Shown in pieces: positions 33,380 through 46,287 of a DNA stretch of 64,000 nucleotides; the stretch's first letter is position 1, and each line of letters starts with the position of its first letter. The DNA is from Histomonas meleagridis 2922-C6/04-290x (lineage: Eukaryota > Protista > Parabasalia): positions 186,001 through 250,000 of the forward strand of contig JAANOX010000032.1 of assembly GCA_020184695.1 (NCBI GenBank), in the 5' to 3' direction. The translations under genes and the position numbers were made by a program. A model generated the notes under the pieces. It was given only the letters and a program-made list of their open reading frames with translations. It ran no database searches and was not told the DNA's origin.

Positions 33380-34708
33380 ATGAATAAAACGGAGCTCAAT
33401 CCTGGTTTCAGGATTGGAGAATTTGTCATTGACAAGAAAATTGGAGAAGGGTCGTTCGCGATTGTGTACAGGGCCAAACATGTTGTTTCCAATAGTGCTG
33501 TTTGTATTAAGGCACTTCCAAAAGAAGTCATTTCAACACCAATTGCTAAGACAAGGCTCCGGCGTGAAATTTCTCTTCTCAAGAGAATGAAACATCCTTT
33601 TATTGCTCAGTTTTTTCAATTATTAGAAGATGATGACTACTTTTATATCGTAATGGAATATGTAACCAACGGTAATCTATTAGAGTATGTTAATTGCGTT
33701 GGTAAGCTTTCCGAAGAACAAGCCAGAAAGTATTTTACCCAAATGATAATTGCTTTAGAATATTTACATAATGAACAAAAAATTGCTCACAGAGATATAA
33801 AATGTGAAAACATTTTACTGGATCGGAACAACAACATTCGAATTATTGATTTTGGTCTAAGTAATATGTTTTCAGAAGATAATCCAAAACTCAAAACTGC
33901 ATGCGGATCACCGGCCTATGTTGCTCCCGAGATGATAGAAGGTCGAGAGTACACTCAAACAACAGACATTTGGGCCACAGGAATCTTGCTTTATGCAATT
34001 GTTGTTGGATATCTCCCATTTGATGACAATGTAATCCAACGACTTCTTCAAAAAATAGTTTATACAGACGTTGATTACCCATCTTTCTTGTCCCCGCAGC
34101 TTGTTGACTTACTTCAGAAAATGATATGCAAAGATCCAAATAAAAGAATAACCATCGAAAAGATCAAAGAGCACCCATGGTTTTCTAAGTCTATATACAC
34201 TCCTATGATGGATGCCATCAAAATGTATGTATCAAATAACGTATATGATAATAATATGCATCAAGGTGTCGATAATTTCATAGATAAAGAGATTGTAGAC
34301 AAAATAGCATCTTATGGAATGGATGTACATCAGTTACATAACGAATTGCTTACAAATTCAAATACAGATTTAACAGTATTATATCAAATATTCCTTCGAG
34401 AAAAGGTCATTAAGAACATTGGAAACTTAGTAACATCACATCAAAATATGGTCCGTTTCCAATCTTCAGTTTTGATCAACACCAAACAGAAAACGCCCGA
34501 ACCCGAACAAAAGGTACCTTTTGTCAGGAGGCCTGTCATTGCGCGTGCTGCAATCGCGTCGCCGAGTCCTCAGCCTGGAGTTTTGAAGCCAGCAAGACTA
34601 GGGGCACCCCAGAGCGTTAACTCGCGGCGGTTATCGCGACCTGTGGCTGTGATGAGAAATATCCCCGTACTTCCTAAGAAGAACTTCGTGGATTATAATT
34701 TTATATAG
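33380..34708 (+). CDS. CAMK-like (AMPK/SNF1/MARK-related) kinase
   Basis: GEGSFAIV, HRDIKCENILLD, DFG, TACGSPAYVAPE, UBA-like region after the kinase domain. Confidence 0.95.
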   Translation: MNKTELNPGFRIGEFVIDKKIGEGSFAIVYRAKHVVSNSAVCIKALPKEVISTPIAKTRLRREISLLKRMKHPFIAQFFQLLEDDDYFYIVMEYVTNGNLLEYVNCVGKLSEEQARKYFTQMIIALEYLHNEQKIAHRDIKCENILLDRNNNIRIIDFGLSNMFSEDNPKLKTACGSPAYVAPEMIEGREYTQTTDIWATGILLYAIVVGYLPFDDNVIQRLLQKIVYTDVDYPSFLSPQLVDLLQKMICKDPNKRITIEKIKEHPWFSKSIYTPMMDAIKMYVSNNVYDNNMHQGVDNFIDKEIVDKIASYGMDVHQLHNELLTNSNTDLTVLYQIFLREKVIKNIGNLVTSHQNMVRFQSSVLINTKQKTPEPEQKVPFVRRPVIARAAIASPSPQPGVLKPARLGAPQSVNSRRLSRPVAVMRNIPVLPKKNFVDYNFI

Positions 34709-35255
34709 AATCGATTTATTAAATGCAATTCAAATTTAACTATTTTCAAAATAAATAAAAAAACAAAACAAAATATTTTAAATCTTTGTGAGTAAACAAT
34801 GAATTTGTGTGAATGTAACTGTAGTAATAAGCTCCTGAAGATATTGGTGTGAAATAAATTGTTGATTTGAATATAAATTTGAAAGTGTTTTATATTTGAA
34901 GGTGTAATATATGTTGATGGTGGCATGTAATTGGAAGAAATATGATATTGACATAAAATTGGCTTGTAATGAATATATATTTGCAAAATGAAAGCGATTG
35001 GACCACAAAAAAACTGTCAGGTAATTATTTTGTGTAAATGATTGAAATAATGATGTAAAATGTATACAAAAAGCTAGCGAACGTTTTACTTTGAATGCTC
35101 ACAAAATGGATATAAATATTTATCAAAAAGTATTATCGTTATTTAACACGTGGTGGTTTTTTGCCGACGGTTTATTACACAAAAAATATTTTGTGGACCA
35201 ATAATAAAAAGTGACTCAATTTCAAGCGTAAAACGAATATTCCTTCTCCCGCAAC

Positions 35256-37031
35256 ATGAGAGGTAAATTATCGTTTAATTTAAAGCCAATGAGTACATAC
35301 AAAGGAAATCAATATGTTAAACCGACTGTTGAACAAATTTCTTTCAAACTTGATTTTTCAAATTTAACAGAAATACATACTGTTATTCCACCAAACGCTG
35401 ATGAAGCATGGAAAACAATTTGTGATCCAGCAGAGTTTGTAACATTCACAGATTTAGTCGACAGAGTTGAAAAATGTAAAAATCCAAGTCATATTTTGTC
35501 AGTTTTCGATATCGAAAATCAAATGTACGAAAAAAGTTTATTGACTATCGAACTCTCAAGACATCTTTCATATATTTGTCGTATAATTCCACCAGCTCAA
35601 TTCAAGAATTTTTTTTCAAAAACCAGACTTGACGTTAACAGTCTTCTTTCTTCTCTTAACCAGAACGAAGCCACTTGTTTTAATTGCTCAATTCAATTAT
35701 TATATCGAATTATTTCTGTTATACCAGAATATGAACAAAAAAAGATGGTTCTCAAATCGTTTGCCAAACTTCTTATTCCTCATTCTCTCGTTGAGAAACG
35801 TAAAACCCGTTCATATATTACTTTTCTCACTTTTCTTCCAGTCAATGATAGTAACGGCATCAAACAATGGCTTTGTGTACACCGAAATCTCAACAACTGT
35901 CGTACATATCTTCGCGGCGGTAAAAACGATGTATTATCCAATTTTTCACTTGATCAATTACGACCAGTCATAACAGGAAATCAAATATCTTTTTATCCTA
36001 GAAACGTCACAAACGCTCAAGCACTTCTGTCCTTCGAATTTATCACAGAGGATGGTGCTCAATTTTGGGAAGATGCGATATCCAATACTTTTTCAGATCC
36101 TCTTATCTGTTTTCTTAATTGTATTCCACATGTAATGCAATACATTAGTGAAGTTCCAGATGATTTCTATCAACAATTTGAGAAGATTCTTGAAGCCTCA
36201 GATATGGATCTCGTACGTGGGATTTTTAATGGAATACCAGCTACGCTTTCAGGTGATGCGAAACAAGGTGTTGATACCATTCTAACTATCCTAGCAAACT
36301 GTGGGACCTTAGCCAACTTTTTTAGGTCCGCATACGCTCAAGCGGTTGAAACGACAATTTTTCCGTCAACAATTTTCAGGGAAAATTCACCTGCCACTTT
36401 TTGCAGCACCTTAACGTTCACCCAATTTGGCGATGAATTTTCCACATCTTTAATTTATGCCTTATATTCGAAATATCCCAATTTAGAAGATGCCATCAAT
36501 GCTATTATCAACTTTGATAAGCCTGTACCACCAATTCTTACATTCATATTTAGTTGTGCATTTCGATCAACTCGGCGAAAGTTTCCAGATAACCTCACAC
36601 CTCTTATTGCAGTTAATAGTATTCTCATGCTTCGATATCTTTTACCTAAACTCTCCATGATCTCAAGACAAGCATCGCAATTTGGTCAACGAATTTTAAA
36701 TGCGTTTGTTTTCCATAAAGTACCTGATGATCCACTCAATGAACAAGTGTACCGGAAGATAGCGTTGTATACAAGTAATATATCACATCCGAAGAAAGTT
36801 GGGAAAAATGAATTGCCGACTCCGCAAATATCGATTGTGTTAAACATGTTTGTAAACAACTCAAAGCAAATAATGGAGGAATTGAACACTGTCCTCGAAG
36901 GAGAGAATCAAACTGTTTGGGGAGTGCTAGAGTTTTTGGAGAATATTTTCGCTGGCGTAGAAGAAAACTATGAAACATTGATATCTAAGTCAACGATTTT
37001 CGGTGTGCAGCAGGAGAATGCGAAGAAATAA
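35256..37031 (+). CDS. PH-like plus RasGAP-like domain protein
   Basis: TIFRENSPAT (arginine-finger FRxNS) and AVNSILMLRYLLPK (FLR-like motif). Confidence 0.7.
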   Translation: MRGKLSFNLKPMSTYKGNQYVKPTVEQISFKLDFSNLTEIHTVIPPNADEAWKTICDPAEFVTFTDLVDRVEKCKNPSHILSVFDIENQMYEKSLLTIELSRHLSYICRIIPPAQFKNFFSKTRLDVNSLLSSLNQNEATCFNCSIQLLYRIISVIPEYEQKKMVLKSFAKLLIPHSLVEKRKTRSYITFLTFLPVNDSNGIKQWLCVHRNLNNCRTYLRGGKNDVLSNFSLDQLRPVITGNQISFYPRNVTNAQALLSFEFITEDGAQFWEDAISNTFSDPLICFLNCIPHVMQYISEVPDDFYQQFEKILEASDMDLVRGIFNGIPATLSGDAKQGVDTILTILANCGTLANFFRSAYAQAVETTIFPSTIFRENSPATFCSTLTFTQFGDEFSTSLIYALYSKYPNLEDAINAIINFDKPVPPILTFIFSCAFRSTRRKFPDNLTPLIAVNSILMLRYLLPKLSMISRQASQFGQRILNAFVFHKVPDDPLNEQVYRKIALYTSNISHPKKVGKNELPTPQISIVLNMFVNNSKQIMEELNTVLEGENQTVWGVLEFLENIFAGVEENYETLISKSTIFGVQQENAKK

Positions 37032-37523
37032 ATGAAATATTATGGTGCGTGTGAAAAAATTGTTTGTGTTTAGACAAATGTATAAAATTCTTTAATAAAA
37101 ATAATGTAAACATATGCTGAAATGTGTAATAATAAATTATTATAAATACTTTTTAATGTGTAAATGTGTTTTAAAATTGTTTTAGTTATGGAAAACCAAT
37201 TAGTTTTGATCAATATATTCTTTTTGGGGTGCCTCAAAAGTGGTTACGACTTTTCGTCTAATGGTTACGCTTGAAAACTTTTGTATTTCTGCTCCCTAAA
37301 AGGTTTTTTTCGGCCAATCGGACCAATTTACTTGGACAGTAAATTTTAAAAAGACAAGAAGTGGTACCTCAATTTTTAGATTAAAGATTATGCCTTATAA
37401 TTAAAACAATAAAGAATATTTTATAAAACTATAAAAATATCGATTAAATTTTATTGTTAATTTCTAAAAATTTAAGTATTTGAAATTAAAGACCACCGAA
37501 TCCAATGTTATCATCTATTTTGT

Positions 37524-39200
37524 TTAAATTTTCATATTAATAATAAAATTATCTTCTTTAAAATCTTTAGCAAAAGGATCTTCATCAATATTTGACATAT
37601 ATTTATCTCCAACAAAAGCACTATTATAACTTGTATCATTTTGCTCAAAGTCATTTGATTTTTCTTCCAAATGATTCTTATTTCTAATATGAACCAACAA
37701 AATAACAAGTAATGTCACAATTATAATAATAATTACAACACAAACAACAGTTATTATTATAATTGTTTTATTATCTTTTTGAGGTGTTTCAATTTGAGTA
37801 ATAAAATGAAAGAAATTGGAATAAAAACTATAATATGTTGAATACACAACAATAGTGTAATTATAATATACAAATTCTGAATATATGTAAGTATATGTAG
37901 AATCAATAATGGAAAGAGTATAAGAAGCAAACAAAGTTGAGTCTTGTATCATTAATGAATTTGTAACTGATAGATAATATGTTAAAACAAAAGAATGTTG
38001 AATTGTTATATCACTACGAAAAGATTGTGTAAAAATATTTGATTTTGTATATGAAAATGATACTGAAAAAGTATTTGATTTAATAAATGAATTCGATTGT
38101 GTAAATGTATTTGATTTTGTAAACGAATTCGATTGTGTAAATGTTAAAGTTTCTGGAAGACATTCATCAATTATTGTACCATTATATTGACTGAATGTTT
38201 CACTTTGATATGTAGAGAGTGTCATAACAGTTGTAGCTGGAACAAAGGAATATTTTCAAAAGTTGGTTCTGTATCACCAAGAAAGAAAATACAATCTTGG
38301 AATACACCATATCCAATACTTTTAATATTTTTTCCAATTATAATTGCTTTTAAATTAGTACAATCACAAAATGAATATTCTGGAAGCGAAGTTAGTGAGT
38401 TAGGTATTACTATACTTTTTAATGAAATACATTTAATGAAAAACTCTATCGCCAATTCTTGTAACATGTACTCCTATAATAATCGACTCTAAATTACGAC
38501 AAGAATTAAATGCATAACTATTAATAGAAGTAACAGTACTTGGAATTTCAAATGTTTTATTTTCAGCTTTTAATGGATAACAAATTATGGAAGAAATAGA
38601 TTTACTATAAAGAATTCCATCATTTGCTAAATTTGAAAAATATTGGTTATCTTTAGAGACATTCACATATAAAAGGTTCGCACATTCCACAAAAGGATTA
38701 ACACCAATCGAAGTCACCGAAGTATGAATTGTTACATACGTCAAATTACATAAACAAAATGCATAACTTCCAATTGTTTTCAAATTTTCTCCAAAATTAA
38801 ATGTTTGTAATTTATAAGCATTATAAAAAGAATAAGAACCAATAAATGTTAAAGAATTTGGTATTGAAACATTATATAATATAAAACATGCCTGAAAAGC
38901 ATTGGAATTTATTACCTGAACTCCTTCATTAAGTATCAATGTTTCTAATTCATAACAACCTGTAAATGCACTACTTCCTATTGTCGTTACAGATCCACTT
39001 ATTTCAGCATATTTTAAGATATCCCAATTATTGAAAGCACTTGATGGTATCGAAGTTACTTCATTAACAATTAAATTTATAGTTTCTGCTTTGTAATCTT
39101 GTGTAAAATCTACAGAATTAGAAATAATAAGAGTCCCGTTAAATTCTTGATATGAACAAGCAAAAAAGAAAGCAAAAAGAATAAAAATTGATTTGCTCAT
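37524..39200 (-). pseudogene. BspA-like (TpLRR) surface protein with Thr/Ser stalk and TM, carrying two compensating frameshifts
   Basis: Signal peptide, repeated xIPxSVTxIGxxAFxxCxxL units, FTQSNSFTKSNT repeats, TM helix and DPF-containing tail; split over ORFs 38433-39200, 38222-38467 and 37524-38225. Confidence 0.85.
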
Positions 39201-39539
39201 AACTTTTTTTTGGGGAAAAAAATTGATTTTTCTTTTAGATAAGTTAATGATATTAAAAATATAGATCAGGATGGAAACATAAAAAGTGTGTGTATTTTGT
39301 TTATTGAAATAATGTTCAAGATAAATAAATGATATTTTGATAAAATTTTAAAATGAATTGTTTGAAAATCTGTTGTTTGGTAAGTATGAATAATAGCAAA
39401 GTAACAACTAAAAGCAATAAAAACAAATAAGATATGTGAAATAGATTCTGTTTGTTTGATAGATAGGATGGGTAATTTACCATCGATTGCGAGTAAACTA
39501 CAGAAATTTGAAAAGTTCAAGCGAAGAAACAGTAAGTTA

Positions 39540-42500
39540 CTTAAAAATGATTTTATTGAAGTAATTAGATAATACTGAAATTAAAAATGAAAATTTATTT
39601 ATGAATGTATTTCCTGAAATATTTAATTATTTATTATACCAAATTATGATCAAAATTATCAAAATAATGATTTATATCAAAGAGATGGTATTCAAAATCA
39701 AATATTTTTAGTTAAAAGATTTGATAGTGATTCTACTTTATTAGTATTTATTAATGATATATTTAATAATAATAATCGAATTTTTATATATTCTTTTCAT
39801 TATCATTGCGAACATCAAATTTTAATATTAGATTTAATCGATGGATTTCCTAAACAAAAAGTTATTGAAGAAATTTATGGAATTACATCAAGTGAATGGT
39901 TACAATCGATATTTATTTTGACAGTTCCATTACAAACACAAATAATGCAAAACTTCATTAAAATATGTACTACGATAAGTAATTTATTTAATAATGAAAT
40001 TATATTTAACAAAACAATTTTTTCTAAATATAATAATATTTTGATCTCTACCATTAAACAACAACATTTATATAATTTATATAGTCAAGAATATATACAA
40101 AAGATATATAAATATTTATTCCGAATTCGGAATTAATTATTCATTAAATATTCATATTAATAAAGAACAATATTGGAAATTATCATCGACATTAGATTTA
40201 GATTGGAGACATAATATATTACGACCGAATAAACATTTTGATCAACATCAAATTGCATCATTATTACGTGATTCACGTGATCAAACAGAAGCATTACAAT
40301 CATTTAAACAATTAAATTCAGGTACAACTAATTCAACAGAGACTACAACTATTGAAGATAATAATAAGAGTGAAAATGACATAAATATTGATGATTCTAA
40401 AGAAGATACATATACATATTCATTTGCTTCACCAGCACAACATATTAAATTAAATAATTCATTTCAAGGAACATTTTATCTTAAGAATCAAGTTTTTTTC
40501 ACTCCAGATAATATAAATAATAATATTAAACATCCATTAATAGAAATTAAACTTAAAGATTTATATATGGTTTTACAAAGAAATCAATATCATATTCCAT
40601 GTGGTATAGGATTTTTTTTTACTACACAAAAAAGTTATTTAATAATATTTTCGAATCAAAATATTAAGGAAACAGTTATTAAAATCCTTAAAAAATTAAA
40701 ATTACCTAATTTAAAATATTTACAAACATCGAATTCATCATTATTAGAACAAGAGAAAATTACTGAAAAATGGGTTAATGGAGAAATTTCTAAATATAAA
40801 TATTTAATCATGATTAATTTATTTTCAGGAAGAAGTTTTAATGATTTAACACAATATCCAGTTTTTCCATGGGTATTAAAAGATTATACGAGTGAAACTA
40901 TTGATTTAAATGATCCGAATGTTTATCGAGATTTAAGTAAACCTAATGGAGCATTAAATGAGGATCGATTAGAACATTTAAAGGAATTAATTACAGAAAT
41001 GGATGAAGAAAACAAATTTTTATATAAAGTCCATTATTCTAATTCATATTTTGTATCATATTATTTATTACGATTAGAACCATTTACAAGTATTAATATT
41101 AAAATGCAAGATAATAAATTTGATAAATCAAGTCGAATTTTTTCATCAATTCCTCATTTATGGGAAGCTATCACATCACCAGATTTAACCGATTATCGAG
41201 AATTAATTCCAGAATTTTATAGTAAACCACGATTTTTAATTAATTCCGATAATTTTGATTTAGGAATCAAATCAGATGGAAGTAAAATTAATGATGTCAT
41301 AATACCACCATGGAGTAAAAATGCTTATGATTTCATCGAGAAACATCGAGCTGCATTAGAAAGTGATTATGTAAGTTTAGATTTACCTAAATGGATTGAT
41401 TTAATATTTGGATATAAACAAAATGGGAAAGAAGCAATTTAAACGAATAATATATTTCATCCTTATACATATCCAATGAATATGACTAAACAAGTATTAG
41501 AAGATCCAGAAAAGTTAAATTCTATCAACAATTTAGTAAAAGTTTTGGTACAATTCCAAATCAAATCTTTAAGAATCCACATCCAATGAAAACTAATTTT
41601 TCGACAAATAATTTTATCTTATCTTTATTTACACCGACATTACAAATTGAAATAAAATCTAAGCTAATATTTCTTCGAACGACATTAAATAATATTTTAA
41701 TTATTATTACATCATTATGTAAATTAATATTAAAGAATAATAAAAATGAAAATATTTTTGAAATTAGTTATTGTTTAACAGGATTTCAAGGTATTTCAGG
41801 AGGAACAATTTCATATCATTTAAAAAAGAATATTTTAATTATATCAACATGTAATGATTGTACATTTCATATGTTTCAAATTGATATTAATAATTTAACT
41901 ATTAAATTAATTAATTTCACAACGACAATATTCATTAATAAATTCATTAAAAGTTACGAGTACAAATGATTTTGTTACAGCTTCACGAAATTATTCTATT
42001 ATTAAATGGAACTTTACACAACAAGTGACAATGAAATTCCAAATTAGTGCACATCCAAGACGCTGTCAACCAAATAAACGGTCGTTTCAAATCAGAAAAT
42101 CAATTTTTTTCATTTTCCAATGAACTAAATTTAAAAAAATATAAATAAAAAAGTATACACATTCTATTCAATAAAATTATCTTAACCAAATTTTGTTATC
42201 TTATTTTTTTATGAGCAATCTCCAAAATTTCAAAATGCTTTTTTGGGCTCTAGAATTAAATACAGAAGTTCAAATTCAATAAATATATAGAAATAATAAT
42301 GGTCAATATTAATTTATATAATTTTTATATAGTTTTCATTCTGTTTTTAAGTTATACAAGATTTTCAATATCTATAGACCAGAGCAAAAATTCAAAAATC
42401 TGTCTTTGCAATTTTTTATAATTTATATGTTCTATAAATAGGATAATTCTTGAAGCAATTTATTCATTATTGGAGGCTCTGGACAAAGAAGAAAAAATGA

Positions 42501-43061
42501 CTTTTTTGAATTAATTTTGCGGTTACAAATCCATCAAGATTCGTTCCTCCACGATTGAGCGATACTCACAACAAGGAATCTCAAAATTAAACAGAAGATA
42601 AAAATATTTTAAACATTTTTAAATACAACAATTCTTGTATATACTGGTTTAGATGTGGTTAATTGGTATCCATCCAGTCTTTGCTTAGATGACCGTTTGT
42701 GTATTGTATCGTACACGAATTTAAATTGGAAAGTGATCAAATTCAAAGGAAATTTAAAAAAAAATTATTATATCTTCATAAAAATTTGTCTACTGTTCTT
42801 ATATGTTAAAATCTGACATGTATTATATACATTACAAATAATTTTAAAATTAAAAAGAAATCTATTATAAGAGGGAAAGTTGGTTGACAGTGTCTTGCAC
42901 ATCCAGCGACGATTATTGATTTTGATATTGGTATTGTAAGTAATGCATTAATTTGTGGTTATAAATCACGACAAATTTCATCATTTGATTTCTTAAATGG
43001 TTCTTATCAATATAGTTATTCATTAGATTATAATATTTTAATGTTAAAAATTGGTGCATAG
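39540..43061 (+). pseudogene. PH-BEACH-WD40 (Beige/BEACH) gene, disrupted by stops, frameshifts and a MITE
   Basis: WKLSSTLD...RPNKHFDQH, GRSFNDLTQYPVFPW, HYSN, RELIPEFY, WIDLIFGYKQ, FGTIPNQIFKNPHP and WD40 repeats. 5' boundary approximate. Confidence 0.85.
42056..42897. mobile_element. 842-bp non-autonomous DNA transposon (MITE) with 18-bp TIRs and 6-bp TSD
   Basis: TIRs CAAGACGCTGTCAACCAA (42056-42073) and TTGGTTGACAGTGTCTTG (42880-42897) match at 17/18; TSD CACATC at 42050-42055 and 42898-42903. Excision restores the WD40 frame. Confidence 0.9.
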
Positions 43062-43340
43062 CCTTGTATATTGATATGTTGTGAAATTATTAAAAATAAA
43101 ATTTTGAAAATATTTTCATATGGAATGGACTTAAATATAATTGGAGAATTGGAAATTCAAAGTCCGAAAATAAAGAAGAAATAAGCTTTAAATTTTGAAA
43201 ATGATTCAATTTGATACAAAAACAATATATATATATATATATTTAATATTAACAAGCAAATGGAAAAGTTCAATAAATGAAAAAACAAAAAATAAAATTT
43301 TTATATACAGAAAATTATATCACATTTTTGAAAAATGTAA

Positions 43341-43413
43341 GCTTTGGTAGCTCAATCGGCAGAGCGCAGGTCTCATAATCCTGAGGTCGTGGGTTCGAGC
43401 CCCATCCAAAGCA
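43341..43413 (+). tRNA. tRNA-Met(CAT), elongator type
   Basis: Acceptor GCTTTGG/CCAAAGC, anticodon loop CTCATAA, T-loop GTTCGA (not initiator-type), T-run terminator at about 43424-43438. Confidence 0.95.
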
Positions 43414-43455
43414 AAATGGATCATTTTTTGTTTTTTTTCCCCTGAAAATGCAGCT

Positions 43456-45760
43456 ATGTGCTCGCAGGAAGGAAACATAAGTCCTCAGCCAGGAGGGATA
43501 CGAATTTGAGAATCCACTAGATCGATTATCATCTAATGATTCAGAAGATCTTTTGACTTTACCTACCCCAGTTGACTCTACTCCTTCTCTCGCACATTCT
43601 ACACCCTTAGGAGCATCGATATCTCCAAAACTTGGCCCCAAAGTTTTGGAATAAGATATCATCTACGCCGCTGATAAAACCACTTTTGACCATCTCAAAA
43701 ACCTTCCAAATGTTAGACTATATAAAGAACTTTTTCTTAGAAAACCGGAAATTCTTGACCCTGATCTTTTAAATTCTGAAGATTCCGATGATTCCTCTGA
43801 ATTTTCTTCTAAAAAGACAAATAGCAGCGAGATTCAGTCACAAAACGATCAATCTTTAGAATTCACAGATAATTCTCTTAGAAATCCAGAAGATGATGAC
43901 GATGAAAATCCAATTCAATTCAATGTTAACATTCAGACAGTCGATGAAGTCAATGAACAAGAAGATATTTTAAATAAAGTTATCAACAAGCTCAAAACAA
44001 TCACAGATATCAAAAAACTCAAAGAATACATTGATACGCTCAACCAATCAGTTTATGACAACTATTCAGATTTTGATATAATGGAATTTAAATCAGCATA
44101 TGATTCTGAGGAACTGGTTCCCACGAAATCTAAATTCTAAAAACACAGTCAAAATGTTAAACAATAACCAACTTCAATTTTATAATGACAAATGTAACAA
44201 ATGGAGAAGTAAATATCGAAACCAGAACGTTAGTTTCAAAAGATTAAACAAAGCACAACGAAAAACTATTCAGCCCCAATTTTAATCAATTTAATATTAA
44301 ATTCGATGAGAAACAAATCATAAGAATAAAAACTATATTTATATCAAAATAAAATTATTGAAATCGACAATAATTGATTACATTTATAAAATTATAGATA
44401 TTATTAATACACATCAAGAAGATTTAAACAATAACCAAAACGCATTAAATGTTATTGTCAATATTAAAGAAGGTTTAATCAAATCATTAAGTAAATATAG
44501 TCAAGATGATTCAAAAAACATATTTAATATTCGATCAGTTGAAGATATAGACAATTTAATTAATGAAAACAAAGAACATCAGGAAGAAAGATTTAAATCG
44601 ATTATAATAACAATACTTAGAAATTATATTGATAAATTAAACACAAATGATATAAAAGGACATGAAAAACTACGTAAATTATATGATGAAAATTCTAAAA
44701 GATGTGTTCGATGAAAATTATTAGCCAATACAATACCTTCATGTGATATACCAATCGAACAACTCGAAAAACATTTCAATAATGAATGGGCTAATAAAGA
44801 ACATATTATAGAAGATTATACATGAAATTTACCTAAACTTTTATCTAATAAAGACAATAAATTTATTATTTATTATATTACAGTTGAAAAGAATATCATT
44901 AATCCAATTAAAATTATAGACAATTTATTTGCATGTGGTCCAAATGAGATTCCTAATTCTGTTTGGAAAAGTAATCCAATAAATACAGCGATTTTATTAT
45001 CTCTAATTATTAAACGCATTATTAAATTTTAAAGAATACCAGAACAATGGTAACGATCCAAAACTATTCTAATATTCAAGAAAGATGACCCATCAATATC
45101 AAAGAATTGGAGATCAATAAGTATTTCAGATACAATTTACAGAATATTTACTACATCATTAGCAGATAGTATCCAAATAGTGAACAAATCAAAACATATT
45201 TTCTCACCACAACAAAAAGGATTTATTAAAGGTTGTAATGGTTGCACTGAACATACAGTCACAGCCAATGAATTAATATCTGATGCTTATAGGAAAAATA
45301 GGAATATTATCATTACAACTCTAGACTTTGCTAATGCATTCGGTTCAATTCCACATAAATTAATCTTTAATAATATGAAACAATTAGGCTATAACAATAA
45401 TTTAATCGAAATTATTCATTCTATGTATCAAAATATTTCCACAAACATTGTTATCAATGGAATCAAATCAAATGATATCAGAATAAGAAGAGGAGTCAGA
45501 CAAGGATGTCCTCTATCGCCTCTTTTATTTAATCTTTGTCTCGAACCGTTAATTAGAAATATTAATGGAGAAAGGAATAGAACAGATATTTATATTCAAG
45601 AATTAAATGATAATATTAATATGAGAATTCAAGTATATGCAGATGATGTAATGTTAATCTCAGATGAACGAGAAAAAATGGTAGAATCAATTAATACTAC
45701 AACAAAATATTGTAATTATGCTAAAATACAATAAGCACCACAAAAATGCCAATCATTTTG
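43456..45760 (+). mobile_element. Decayed non-LTR retrotransposon (RLE-type, R2/NeSL-like RT), 3'-truncated
   Basis: Pre-RT LYDENSKRC...CDIPIEQLEKHF; ACGPNEIP; KTILIFKKDDP...NWRSISI; QKGF; LDFANAFGSIPH; GVRQGCPLSPLLFNL; YADD; APQKC. Several stops and frameshifts. Confidence 0.9.
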
Positions 45761-46287
45761 AGGGAGTGTGCTAACTGTACCTAATTTGTACCCACTTTTT
45801 GGGATTCCCACAATTCTCCACTTTTTGATTGTGATGTAATGACAACCGCCGAAAAAACAATTTTTTTAAAATTCCAAAAAATCCAAAAATTAAAAGTTAA
45901 AAATTTATATTTTTTATACCAAACTGTAATAAATTATGCAAGGAAAGACGTAAATGCACTATTAATTTCATATAAACCCTAATTTTGATGAAATTATTGA
46001 GCATTAAAAATTTTATTTCTATTTTCAAAATTTATACATATGGTTAAATTCCCCCCCCATCTATCAAAACATATAAGCTTCAAATTTTATTAAAAAAATT
46101 GATTCTATGTTGATAAAAATAATAACTTATTTTAAATTTTTTTAATGTTTCGACTTTTTGTATGATGTAAAATATTTCAGAATAATATTTTGACTTCAAA
46201 AGTGGCATCTTTGTGATTTCAATTGAAAAACGTTTACATTAAAAATAGTTGTTACGAAGTTTGGAAATTATAACAACGATTAATTAT

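Noticed and set aside
37205-37390. GC-richer intergenic patch with CAAAAGTGG, similar to motifs near 45800 and 46200
   Set aside because: Similarity is under about 12 bp, with no paired TIR or TSD; cannot support a mobile-element call.
43225-43242. (AT)9 microsatellite
   Set aside because: Ordinary simple repeat.
43436-43500. HDV-like ribozyme at the retrotransposon 5' end
   Set aside because: Expected for some RLE elements, but I could not build the nested double pseudoknot by eye; needs an RNAMotif or Infernal search.
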